Shown here: positions 37,993 to 47,132 of the stretch, in pieces
Position numbering within the stretch: position 1 is the first letter of the stretch
How the letters are laid out: every line of letters begins with the position of its first letter
From: Ignavibacteriota bacterium
GTDB taxonomy: Bacteria > Bacteroidota > Ignavibacteria > UBA10030 > BY39
Direction: 5' to 3'
Length of the DNA: 64,000 nt
NCBI GenBank assembly: GCA_003327435.1
Contig: QOQV01000004.1
Location: 1,037-65,036 of the forward strand
Program-made: the position numbers and the translations under genes
The notes under the pieces: model-generated
The model's input: the letters and a program-made list of their open reading frames with translations, nothing else
Databases searched by the model: none
Told to the model about the DNA's origin: nothing

Positions 37993-39462
37993 TCAAGGAT
38001 TTCCGACCGTTCCATAAAGGAAAGCTGTAACATTTCCATTGGATCCTGTAACAGATATCTTTACCATAACTGGCATTCTATCTGGCGTTCCGCCCGGTGT
38101 TGCATCCATAACGGTCATTACAAAATCTGTTTTGCCGGGACCTCTAAACAAATAGTCAGCAAGTGGTTCATCAGGTAAACCGCCGACCTTTGCTGCCCAG
38201 TTTGTACCTTCAGGCGGTGAAAATTCGATTGTTGTTGCAATTCTTGTACCTGGGGCTAATGGATTTCCATTTTGGTCTGAGATATTTACTGCAAAACTTT
38301 GTGAACCACCACGGGCAACATTGATAGATGTAGGAAATACAGAAATTGTTGAATAACCCGAGAATAATATCATTATACTGTCTTTTATCACAACACCGTT
38401 TTCACCGATTGTCTGAGCATAAACCCAGGCATATCCCGGACCATAACCAGGTGCATTATAATCTGGCAATGGATTACCACTATATAAGGTTGCAGTGGCT
38501 TGACCTTTAATATCAGTATATCGGGCAGCAGTGATAATACCACCAGTGGTGTTAAAATATACTGCTGTTCCCTGATGCACAGGATTGCTATATTTATCGC
38601 CAACCTGAACGAGTATATTATTTGTTCTGCCTACCCAATTATAACCGGCAAAGTTGTATTGCTGAGCACCAATTGAAAAATAATTTTTATCAGGCAGTCC
38701 GGCATTCACAACTACACGAGTTGGGGTTGATGTTACAGTTTTTCCATCACTTTCTCTATGTAAAGATGCAACGATTTGTAAAACACCTGCTATAGTTCCG
38801 CTGTTTACTGTTGTTGCAACTCTACCAGATGCATTGGTTATTGCCCACGCAGGCGATACATAAGCACCACCTAAGACAGGCGGCCCTTCGAGAGCAAAAT
38901 CAACAGTATCTCGCTGAGCTAGGCTAATAGGAAATCCGAGAGAATCTCTTACCTCATAAACAATTATTGCAGTTTCGGTTCCACCAACACCGTAAACTTT
39001 TAAATCAATTGTTTGTGGACCAATAAATGCAATTGTTTGTGGCATTCCAGATCCAGGTGGTGTTCCTCCACCACCTCCACCTATTGTTGTTGTAGTATCT
39101 AATTCAAGTATAAATGTTGGAACTGGATAAGTATTTCCAGCCCTCACACTAAAACTTAAAGGTGATACATCTTTATAACCTTCTTTTCTTACCGTCAATG
39201 TCACATTTAATTCACGAGTTGTATCAAGTGTAAACTCAAAATAAAAGTCACCTTCCGCATCTGTAGAATCAATCATATTTATACTTGATGAGGAAAGCCT
39301 TACTTGAGCAGCCTGGATTGGAATATCCATATTTTGTTTTTTTTCAGCAACCTTACCTAAAATTTTTACAAGCAGGTTTTCCGGTGGCTGAACAGATTCC
39401 TCTTTACACCCAAAAAGAACAGTAAGAAGAATCACAATTAAATATGTAAAATACTTTTTCAT
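37993..39462 (-). CDS. Secreted lipoprotein with predicted Ig-like/beta-sandwich domains and a Gly6 linker. Last gene of the pilus operon.
   Basis: 489-aa ORF. Lipobox (LFGC), a carboxypeptidase-regulatory-like N-terminal beta domain, a GGGGGGTPPGSG linker and repeated beta-rich segments. Confidence 0.45.
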   Translation of the reverse strand: MKKYFTYLIVILLTVLFGCKEESVQPPENLLVKILGKVAEKKQNMDIPIQAAQVRLSSSSINMIDSTDAEGDFYFEFTLDTTRELNVTLTVRKEGYKDVSPLSFSVRAGNTYPVPTFILELDTTTTIGGGGGGTPPGSGMPQTIAFIGPQTIDLKVYGVGGTETAIIVYEVRDSLGFPISLAQRDTVDFALEGPPVLGGAYVSPAWAITNASGRVATTVNSGTIAGVLQIVASLHRESDGKTVTSTPTRVVVNAGLPDKNYFSIGAQQYNFAGYNWVGRTNNILVQVGDKYSNPVHQGTAVYFNTTGGIITAARYTDIKGQATATLYSGNPLPDYNAPGYGPGYAWVYAQTIGENGVVIKDSIMILFSGYSTISVFPTSINVARGGSQSFAVNISDQNGNPLAPGTRIATTIEFSPPEGTNWAAKVGGLPDEPLADYLFRGPGKTDFVMTVMDATPGGTPDRMPVMVKISVTGSNGNVTAFLYGTVGNP

Positions 39463-39492
39463 ATTTTTTCCCTAATGTTATTATAAATTCTT

Positions 39493-40749
39493 TTATTTGG
39501 TCCTATATCTCTCAAGATCTCTTTCAAACTTTTCTCTCTGCTTTTCTATAGGATTTTCTCTAATCTTCCTTGTGATTCTTTCCGGTAAGCTTGGTACCAA
39601 TTCAACTTTAAGTAAAATTGTCAATTCTTTTTTAGTAGTCATAACTTTATCATATCCAAATATATATCTTAATCCAAACACCCACCATGGTAAATCTTTT
39701 AATATTGGAACACCAGAACGCACTTTACTATCAAAGTTAGAATACAGACCACCAATTACTGCTTCTTCACCATCAAGCATAAGCAGTACTGTTTTAGCTT
39801 TGGTTCTACTGATTGTTGGAGCTTCACCAAGAGCTGTAATGACGCTACGTTCAACATCAAGATCAAGGTATACAAATTCGTTATCACCTTCTCTAATAAC
39901 ATAAGGTGTTACTTCAATAATGGTACCTGTTGGAATTTGCTCTATAACAGTGTTTCCTGCGAAATCTTTTTTCTTAACAGAAATATCTTCACCAACCTGT
40001 ATTCTACCTTTTTCACTTGAACGAACTACTATTTGTGGATTTGAGATAACTTCACCTATGTTACTTTCGGAAAATAATCTTACTATAGCATCTAAGTTAC
40101 CAAATGACAGGTCCAATCCTTTTAATGTTGCATTGAAAACAGTTGTATCTGTAACTTTCCTGATGGTTTGTTGGTCAATCATGAGTGATTGGAATTTATC
40201 ATCAGGTTTTGATCTGAAGATTGACCAATTTACTCCTGATTCGTGAAGTTTGTTTAGGTCTACATTAAAGAAAACAGCAGAAATTTTAATTTCTCGACTG
40301 CTTATTGTTACGGGTTCTTTTTCAAATCTTACCCCAACAGGACCTTTTTCAGTAACCTGTTCACCCTTGGCACCTGTTACTTCAATATAATCCTGATATT
40401 CTGTATACCAGAGGTTATTAACTTTTAAAATCAGTTCAAATGCATCCTGCCAGTGCATTCCTCTAATGTCAATACCGATAGGATTAGTACGCTTTGCAGG
40501 GTCAATAATCACCTTACCTAAAAATTTTCTACTAACATCACTCAGTACAATTAAAGCTTTATCGAAAGGTGTTGTCTGTGCAATCGATACTATTTCATCT
40601 TTCGATACATACTCTCTTAAAATTTTTCGTTCTGTTTCCTGAGAGTATGCAGAATTATTGAAAACAATTAGTATACTTGATGTTAGTAATGCAATTAATA
40701 AAATTTTTTTAGTTTTTTCCATTTTTTCCTCACTTCTGTTTTTGTCCAT
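39493..40749 (-). CDS. pilQ: Type IV pilus secretin PilQ, short form.
   Basis: 418-aa ORF with a signal peptide and the C-terminal secretin domain (..GEEAVIGGL..VPILKDLPWWVFGLRYIFGYDK.). Confidence 0.75.
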   Translation of the reverse strand: MDKNRSEEKMEKTKKILLIALLTSSILIVFNNSAYSQETERKILREYVSKDEIVSIAQTTPFDKALIVLSDVSRKFLGKVIIDPAKRTNPIGIDIRGMHWQDAFELILKVNNLWYTEYQDYIEVTGAKGEQVTEKGPVGVRFEKEPVTISSREIKISAVFFNVDLNKLHESGVNWSIFRSKPDDKFQSLMIDQQTIRKVTDTTVFNATLKGLDLSFGNLDAIVRLFSESNIGEVISNPQIVVRSSEKGRIQVGEDISVKKKDFAGNTVIEQIPTGTIIEVTPYVIREGDNEFVYLDLDVERSVITALGEAPTISRTKAKTVLLMLDGEEAVIGGLYSNFDSKVRSGVPILKDLPWWVFGLRYIFGYDKVMTTKKELTILLKVELVPSLPERITRKIRENPIEKQREKFERDLERYRTK

Positions 40750-41614
40750 AACGAATATTCAATTCAAATTTTTCTATTATACCACCTTTATTAAGTGTGC
40801 ATTCTATTCGACCGTTGATGTGATCAACTTTTGTAACATATCCGAGATACACTTCATCACCTTCACTGAGAGCTCTCATTTTATTGTTTTGATCAATCAC
40901 AAATGCTCTGCCAGGTACAATAGCTTTTAGATCCGATCTTTCGATTTCGACTAGATCTTCTGTATTGGGAGGCAAATCTCTGAAAATAATAGGAGCGAAA
41001 GGATCAATAGTCAAAGAAGTCGGTACAACTTTTCTTTCTCCAGCAGAGGAATATAACTCAGGTATGTTCGAGAAATAGGCATTTAATATTATCTCATATG
41101 TCACCAGAAGTAGAGTTTTTCCAGTAGCTTTATCTCTTGTTTCTATTCCTCTCAAGCTTAAAGCAGTAATTTTATAAAGCAATCTACTATTTTCAAGATA
41201 CCATATAAAGCGGAATAAATTTTCAAAAGTTGCTTCCCCTTTTAAATTGTAGGTATTAAATCCATAATTGTTAAAGTTTTTTGTACCAACAAATAACATA
41301 TCAAGTTTCAGTTCACCGCTTTGTCCTATTAATTGATTGATATAGTTATAAGTTTCGCCTGTAATATTAACAGGTGGAATGTCCTTGTTTCTTAACTCCC
41401 AGCGTTCTTTTGTTTTTGCAAGCTGCTGGCTTAATAAATTATATTGATTTACCAGGTCAGGAGTGTTCTGCAATTCGGTTTCATATTTATTAATTTCCTT
41501 TTCAACCTTCTCAATTTTTTTGGGGAGGTGAGCACCACTCATATAAAAACCAACTGCTAAAATAATTATTAGTAGAACACCCAGGACTATTGTATTTCTC
41601 AAAATATAAGGCAT
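40730..41614 (-). CDS. PilO-like membrane-anchored coiled-coil protein with a PilP-like C-terminal beta domain (apparent PilO-PilP fusion).
   Basis: 294-aa ORF with an N-terminal TM helix and a coiled coil (..EINKYETELQNT..). Its C-terminal ~70 aa is a beta-type domain (AIVPGRAFVIDQNNKMRALSEGDEVYLGYVTKVDH). It lies between the pilM/N and pilQ genes. Confidence 0.5.
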   Translation of the reverse strand: MPYILRNTIVLGVLLIIILAVGFYMSGAHLPKKIEKVEKEINKYETELQNTPDLVNQYNLLSQQLAKTKERWELRNKDIPPVNITGETYNYINQLIGQSGELKLDMLFVGTKNFNNYGFNTYNLKGEATFENLFRFIWYLENSRLLYKITALSLRGIETRDKATGKTLLLVTYEIILNAYFSNIPELYSSAGERKVVPTSLTIDPFAPIIFRDLPPNTEDLVEIERSDLKAIVPGRAFVIDQNNKMRALSEGDEVYLGYVTKVDHINGRIECTLNKGGIIEKFELNIRYGQKQK

Positions 41615-41628
41615 GGTGACCTCTTAGA

Positions 41629-43245
41629 TTATTGTGGTTGTTCTTGTTGAGTTTGTTCTTCGGCTCCAGGAGGAGGTGTTTCGAAGAATATTTCAGAATA
41701 TGGTACATCCTTTTCCTTAGGAATCTTTAGTTCAAAATTGTACACTGTTTTTTCTCGAATTTCTCTTTGAAGAACTTTTCTTAATACAGTATTTTCATAA
41801 AGGTTAGCTATCTTTGGAACACGCGAACGATATATTGAAAAACCTTCCAAAATAACCTCGCCCTCACGCGACATCTTTAAATCAGTTAACCATAACGAGT
41901 TGATATTTTCTACACCATTTGCAATCTTTTCCAGCATACGAGACCACCTATCATAACCTGGTACGAGTGAATCATAAACGGAGAGAGCGACTTTATATCT
42001 TCCAATTTGATTGTTTATATCATCTATTTTCTGCTGAATTCTTCTATTTTCTTCTACCTGCTCCTTCTTTCTTTCCAGCACTTCCTTTTTTCCTATTAGT
42101 TGTGCATTCAAATTAGAAATCCGATATGTGAAGTAGAAAGTACTTAAAAATATCAATGCTAAAAGCAAATAACCATGCCAGCCAAGCTTGAATGCCCTCT
42201 GTCCTTCACGAATAAAATCAGGAAGTAAATTTAGAGGATAAAATGCAGGATTTGTTTCGTCAAGCATTTTCCATGCTGTAGCTATTGCTACGGCATATTC
42301 CGGAATTTGTTCCTGAGTTGCAGCAGGTAAATCACTTGTATCTAAATATGGCGTGCGGAGATATTGAATATCTACTTCAGGAAGCTGATTCCTCAGGAAT
42401 TCATCAAAAGCAATTCTTGTGCTTTCACCAGCAAGCAGTATTCTATCAATTCTGGGTATTCCTAAATTGTCCTGTTCAAGTAAAAGTCGGCTGTATACCG
42501 TATTCTGTATATTGAACGAATCATATCCTTCGCCAAGTACAGGTGCAAAATGATAAAACTCTGCACCCTTCATAAATATCAATCTTGTAAACTCTACTCC
42601 GATGTATATTATTACTGTAATTTCATCTGGAGCAAATCCATAATTCCCTCTCGCAAGATTCATCAGAGCAATATCTGAAGTTTCGATAAGAGGTATTTTG
42701 GGAATGCGGTTATGAAGGAAAGATTTAATCTCTTCAATTGTTCGATACAAGCTAATACCATCTTCTCTAACAGCACAGACCAGATTTCTATCAACGGAGT
42801 AAATAACATCAACTGCATCTGGATTTGGTTGAACAGACCTGACTTTTTTTAATTCTTCGATAATTCTTTCTTTAAGCTTCATTCCTTTCAAACCAAAATC
42901 ACTTTCCACAACATGATAATAGACACTTGGTTCAGAAATTGCGTACCCGAGGTAATAGGTAGATGGTTTGTAATTGGCAAGCAAACTCAACAGAATCGCA
43001 TTATTGTCTTCGCCCTCTTCTGTTCGTTCACCTGAAGGTGGAAGTGTAAAAGTGTCAGTTGATGTATCAAAACCTTCACTTAAATCTTTCAATTGTCTTT
43101 CTTCGAGTTTAGTTACGAGGGTAGCCGACTTAAGTTCATCGATTTTAATAGTTTTCCCTTTACGGGATAATTTAGCAAATTTAATTTCCAGCCCATCAAC
43201 AAATAGGCCTATAGCACTTTTTTTACTACCGCCGATGGTCGCCAT
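41629..43245 (-). CDS. PilM (actin-like ATPase fold) fused to a PilN-like TM/coiled-coil segment.
   Basis: 538-aa ORF. The N-terminal ~340 aa is PilM-like. After it come one TM helix (LLLALIFLSTFYFTY) and a coiled-coil/periplasmic tail. Confidence 0.6.
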   Translation of the reverse strand: MATIGGSKKSAIGLFVDGLEIKFAKLSRKGKTIKIDELKSATLVTKLEERQLKDLSEGFDTSTDTFTLPPSGERTEEGEDNNAILLSLLANYKPSTYYLGYAISEPSVYYHVVESDFGLKGMKLKERIIEELKKVRSVQPNPDAVDVIYSVDRNLVCAVREDGISLYRTIEEIKSFLHNRIPKIPLIETSDIALMNLARGNYGFAPDEITVIIYIGVEFTRLIFMKGAEFYHFAPVLGEGYDSFNIQNTVYSRLLLEQDNLGIPRIDRILLAGESTRIAFDEFLRNQLPEVDIQYLRTPYLDTSDLPAATQEQIPEYAVAIATAWKMLDETNPAFYPLNLLPDFIREGQRAFKLGWHGYLLLALIFLSTFYFTYRISNLNAQLIGKKEVLERKKEQVEENRRIQQKIDDINNQIGRYKVALSVYDSLVPGYDRWSRMLEKIANGVENINSLWLTDLKMSREGEVILEGFSIYRSRVPKIANLYENTVLRKVLQREIREKTVYNFELKIPKEKDVPYSEIFFETPPPGAEEQTQQEQPQ

Positions 43246-43290
43246 AATTCGATTGACCCTTTCCTAATATTTGCAATATTATAAGCATAT

Positions 43291-44520
43291 TTATATTTCA
43301 ACTGTTGATAAATTCATTATTTGTTGCAATCTTCGTTTGTTATTTGCAAAGTTGATTGCAGTTTCAAGTGAAATTCTTTTTGCCATATAAAGTCGTTTCA
43401 AATCCTGTTCCATCGTTATCATTCCTAATTCACCAGATTCTTGCATCATCTGATAAATCTCACTTGTGTTATTATTCTTAATTGCAGCTTTAACTGACGG
43501 CGTTGCAACCATAATCTCTTTAGCCAAGACTCGTTTTCCATCCAAGCTTGGAACAAGTTTTTGAGAAATTACACATTTTAAAACATCGGCAAGACGATTC
43601 CTGACTCTTTCCTGTTCTATTGGTGGAACTTCACCAATAATCCTATCAATGCTTTCCACAGCCGAAGATGTATGCAATGTTGAGAATACTTTGTGTCCAC
43701 TATCTGTAACTTCAAGAGCAGTCATTATTGTATCTGGATCACGCATCTCTCCAATTACTATGATATCAGGATCCTGACGCAATGCCTGAATCGTTCCTTC
43801 CTTGAATGAAAGTACATCCCTACCAACTTCTCTATGTCTGATTATACATTTATCCGACTTGTGAACATATTCTATTGGTGAAGCAATAATAACTACATGC
43901 CCATCTACAGTATGATTATTAGCATCTATAATTGTATCAAGTGTAGAGCTTTTACCTGAACCTGTTATACCAGTAACTAAAATCATTCCTTCTTTAGTGT
44001 GTGAAAGGTTCAAAATCTTTGATACATTTGGATGTAATTCCAGGGCTTTATATGGGCGAACTGAAAGATTGATAGCTCGCATATTTAACGCCAGTTGATC
44101 AAGGTCAAAGTATGCATCGGCACGGAAACGATACATATCTTCACCTTTAATAATGCTGTAAGAAAAATCTAAATTACGATTTTCGTATAGGAATTGTCGC
44201 TGGCGTTCAAGTAAAATGGAAAGTATGAGTACATTTATTTCATCAAAAGTAAATGTACCAAGTCCAGGTTCTGGTCTTTTTACACCCCACACCCGATACC
44301 AGATCCTGCCTTGAGAACCAAAGCCACCGAGATCAATATCCGAAGCATTGATCTCAAACATTCTAAGCAAAAAGCTATCGAGTAACCGTTTAATGATTAC
44401 TCGTTCTTCCTGGCTTTGCCGATTCAGCAAATCGCCGATAAGCATCATTCGTTCTACACCATAAGCAGTTTCCGGAATGCTTTCAGCAATCTGCTTCAAT
44501 ATTATTTTCGCTTCTTCCAA
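43291..44520 (-). CDS. pilT: Type IV pilus retraction ATPase of the PilT/PilU family, with a ~60-aa N-terminal extension.
   Basis: 409-aa ORF with Walker A (GITGSGKSS), Asp box, Walker B (IIVIGEMRD) and His box (STLHT). Confidence 0.8.
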   Translation of the reverse strand: MEEAKIILKQIAESIPETAYGVERMMLIGDLLNRQSQEERVIIKRLLDSFLLRMFEINASDIDLGGFGSQGRIWYRVWGVKRPEPGLGTFTFDEINVLILSILLERQRQFLYENRNLDFSYSIIKGEDMYRFRADAYFDLDQLALNMRAINLSVRPYKALELHPNVSKILNLSHTKEGMILVTGITGSGKSSTLDTIIDANNHTVDGHVVIIASPIEYVHKSDKCIIRHREVGRDVLSFKEGTIQALRQDPDIIVIGEMRDPDTIMTALEVTDSGHKVFSTLHTSSAVESIDRIIGEVPPIEQERVRNRLADVLKCVISQKLVPSLDGKRVLAKEIMVATPSVKAAIKNNNTSEIYQMMQESGELGMITMEQDLKRLYMAKRISLETAINFANNKRRLQQIMNLSTVEI

Positions 44521-44642
44521 TAAATCCCTACAATTAATTATGTGTAAATATATATAAAAATTCTGGATTTGTCAATTTTTGTATGTTATAAATTACATTT
44601 TTTCGCAAAATCCTTTATTTGATTGAAACATTACATTTTACA

Positions 44643-45920
44643 TTAAAATTTTGGAATTCTCACATTTTCCCACCAGTTCACAATTGCGAGTGTTTTCCTG
44701 TAATATCCAGGGAAGTAAGGTGGGCGTGTATTAACATCTGCAAGTCGTGGATCGAAATAATATCTTTTAGAAAAACCAGTTTTTAAAGTATTTGTTCCAG
44801 TATTAAATGTGCCCACTGTGCCCCTTGTATCCTGAATTACACCACCAATGATTTTTAGATAACCGCTTATAGGGCGATTGTTGTAATTCTCAGCATAAAA
44901 AGACCCGCTTCTACAAAATATCGCTGCGTGTATTTCGCAATTATTCCTATTAGCTGTATTATCGGCTACAATCACACTATTGTTTGCTACAAGTCCTAAC
45001 AAATCATCACTCGTTGGAGTAATAAGTGGATCTCTTTCATATGTAACATCGTCTGCTATTATAATATTTGTGCCAGATGATATAGTAAGTTTACCATCAA
45101 CTTTTCCACCTAAAACAGTTACCTGTTGGGTACTGTATATAACACCATTAAAAGAGGGATCGTTGATGGAAATTGAATCTATAATTGGACCTGTTGCAGA
45201 GGTTCTTATATATGCTTTACCATCATTATTTGAGGAACTCCCAGAACTTAATGTAATCCAGATGTTCGTTGTATATCTCCTACCTCCCGAAGTAGAAGCT
45301 GCGATCAATTCACTCAAATCAGTAGGAAATGGTATCGGTGCAACACCTGTCTCATAACCTTTTTTATAGATAGCTTTACTTTGTCCGTTTCCAGGTTTGG
45401 GATCAATTTGTTTTGCTGTGGTTAATTTTTCCATAAATACCGGGCTACCACTTATATGAATATTCCCATTTGAATGAACCCTTCCCCATACGGTATCACC
45501 AGTAATCCAAAATACATTTCCCTCAAAGTTAGTCATCCAGGCAAACATTGAGAACGTTTGAAATCTCTGTTTACTGAAAAATACTTCAACGGTATCCTTA
45601 TAGTTTTTATAGGATGATACAGACCTTAATCTGAGAGTATTTATATTTATGCTATCCATTCTCACGATAAGGGAGCCACCTTTAAAAAGGCCGCTTGAAA
45701 AAGTTTGATTCGTGATCACGCCTCTTAAACTTGAATCCTGATAAACTCTGCTGATGCCGGCATTTGCACCAGCAACTGCTAAATTATGTGATAAGTTTAT
45801 ATCGTAATAATAAGCCATATTTCCAATTGCTCGGTTTTCGAGCGAGTTAAGCCGAATACCAATAAATCCAAAAATTATTCCGAAACCAATTAGGAGTATT
45901 ATAGCACCTTTTCCAAACAT
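44643..45920 (-). CDS. Pilus-associated hypothetical protein with a pilin-like N-terminus (leader MFGKG, then a hydrophobic helix) and a large beta-rich domain. Candidate PilX/PilY-type minor component.
   Basis: 425-aa ORF. It begins MFGKG|AIILLIGFGIIFGFIG. The remainder is repetitive and beta-rich. It lies between the pilB and pilT genes. Confidence 0.4.
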   Translation of the reverse strand: MFGKGAIILLIGFGIIFGFIGIRLNSLENRAIGNMAYYYDINLSHNLAVAGANAGISRVYQDSSLRGVITNQTFSSGLFKGGSLIVRMDSININTLRLRSVSSYKNYKDTVEVFFSKQRFQTFSMFAWMTNFEGNVFWITGDTVWGRVHSNGNIHISGSPVFMEKLTTAKQIDPKPGNGQSKAIYKKGYETGVAPIPFPTDLSELIAASTSGGRRYTTNIWITLSSGSSSNNDGKAYIRTSATGPIIDSISINDPSFNGVIYSTQQVTVLGGKVDGKLTISSGTNIIIADDVTYERDPLITPTSDDLLGLVANNSVIVADNTANRNNCEIHAAIFCRSGSFYAENYNNRPISGYLKIIGGVIQDTRGTVGTFNTGTNTLKTGFSKRYYFDPRLADVNTRPPYFPGYYRKTLAIVNWWENVRIPKF

Positions 45921-45940
45921 AAGCGATTCTCCTTTTTTGT

Positions 45941-46558
45941 TTAACGATTAAAGTTTTGTGATGCTAATCTTGTTTGACGCCAGTAAGAACTTGAGTACAA
46001 CGCTTCTCTTTCACCCATTTTAATATCTCTTGGATCTCTATAAAGCGCATATGGGTTCTGAACTTCGAGTGTAATTTCAACAATTTTTATCATTTTTAAA
46101 TCTGTGCCAGTTACAGGCGCTATTAATGTATCCAATTGATTTTGACTGAAATACCTCAATAGAAACTGTGTTACTATACCGACGCTCTGCACCGAACCGT
46201 TGTTTACTTTCCGATGTAAAAATCTATCCATACTATTCTGTGTCTGGCTGAGAGCACTTGGATTTCCAGCCCAGTATCTAATAGTATCAGGTGTTCCATT
46301 CCTATCAATATCAGATAAGAATGTTATAGCTGTATCTAACGCTTGTAAAATCGTTGCTTGGTCTTCTGCTACACCAACTCCCATATTTCTAAATTCTCCT
46401 TCAACTATTTGAGCATTAGAAATTAAGAGTTCCTGTACAAGCACATCTCCATTTAGAACAGTTGAATGCTGGTAAATTAAGAAATTTGCATTGAAGACAC
46501 TCAGAAGTAAGACACTTCCGATAAACATTGCCATAATTATATCTAATAAACTTGCCAT
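45941..46558 (-). CDS. Minor-pilin-like protein with a degenerate class III N-terminus.
   Basis: 205-aa ORF starting MASLLDIIMAMFIGSVLLLSV. It has a pilin-like hydrophobic helix containing an acidic residue, but no G at position -1 and no E5. Confidence 0.4.
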   Translation of the reverse strand: MASLLDIIMAMFIGSVLLLSVFNANFLIYQHSTVLNGDVLVQELLISNAQIVEGEFRNMGVGVAEDQATILQALDTAITFLSDIDRNGTPDTIRYWAGNPSALSQTQNSMDRFLHRKVNNGSVQSVGIVTQFLLRYFSQNQLDTLIAPVTGTDLKMIKIVEITLEVQNPYALYRDPRDIKMGEREALYSSSYWRQTRLASQNFNR

Positions 46559-46576
46559 ACATACCTCTTTTAATTG

Positions 46577-47113
46577 TTAATCAAAATGGAAATAACCCAT
46601 CACGATGGAAGATTTGAGCGTATCATCACTAGTTGGATCTTCTCGCCATATCTTAATATCACATCTTTTTACAAATGTTCGTGCATTCATTTTTTGTTCA
46701 ATATTCTGTGGATTCACATAGTAAACATAAAATTTTGTTCTATATCTTCCCACAACTCCAGGTATGTTATCATTTATAATTTCATAATTATTCAAGTCAT
46801 CGAAGTCATCGAACGATTGAAAGTCAGCTTCTGTAGCTTCACCAAGCGGAGGGGGATTTTCTGTACCCAAACTTGATGGGTGAGTAAGCAAACTAATTTC
46901 AGATGGAGTTAAAAAAGAATCTATTGTTGCCTCATCGTAATGTAATCCGTATGCAAGCTCGGTATATGTAGTGAGAAGCGTAAGAGCAGTTATTCCCTGC
47001 TGAGCGCTTTGAACAGTTTCACCACTTTGTCCCAATAACTGATAAAATGTAACCAGCAATGTAGATAGGAGCACAAAAGCTCCTAAAGTTATTAATGTTT
47101 GATATGTCGACAT
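46577..47113 (-). CDS. Minor-pilin-like protein with a degenerate class III N-terminus.
   Basis: 178-aa ORF starting MSTYQTLITLGAFVLLSTLLV. Compare the canonical FTLIELMIVVAII. Confidence 0.4.
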   Translation of the reverse strand: MSTYQTLITLGAFVLLSTLLVTFYQLLGQSGETVQSAQQGITALTLLTTYTELAYGLHYDEATIDSFLTPSEISLLTHPSSLGTENPPPLGEATEADFQSFDDFDDLNNYEIINDNIPGVVGRYRTKFYVYYVNPQNIEQKMNARTFVKRCDIKIWREDPTSDDTLKSSIVMGYFHFD

Positions 47114-47132
47114 ATTTAAAACTCCTATTTAA

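Noticed and set aside
39050-39075. GGT/GGA-rich tract (Gly6 codons) in the lipoprotein gene as a slippage repeat.
   Set aside because: The codons are mixed (GGT GGT GTT CCT CCA CCA CCT CCA CCT) and not a pure homopolymer or tandem repeat. It is just a Gly/Pro linker.
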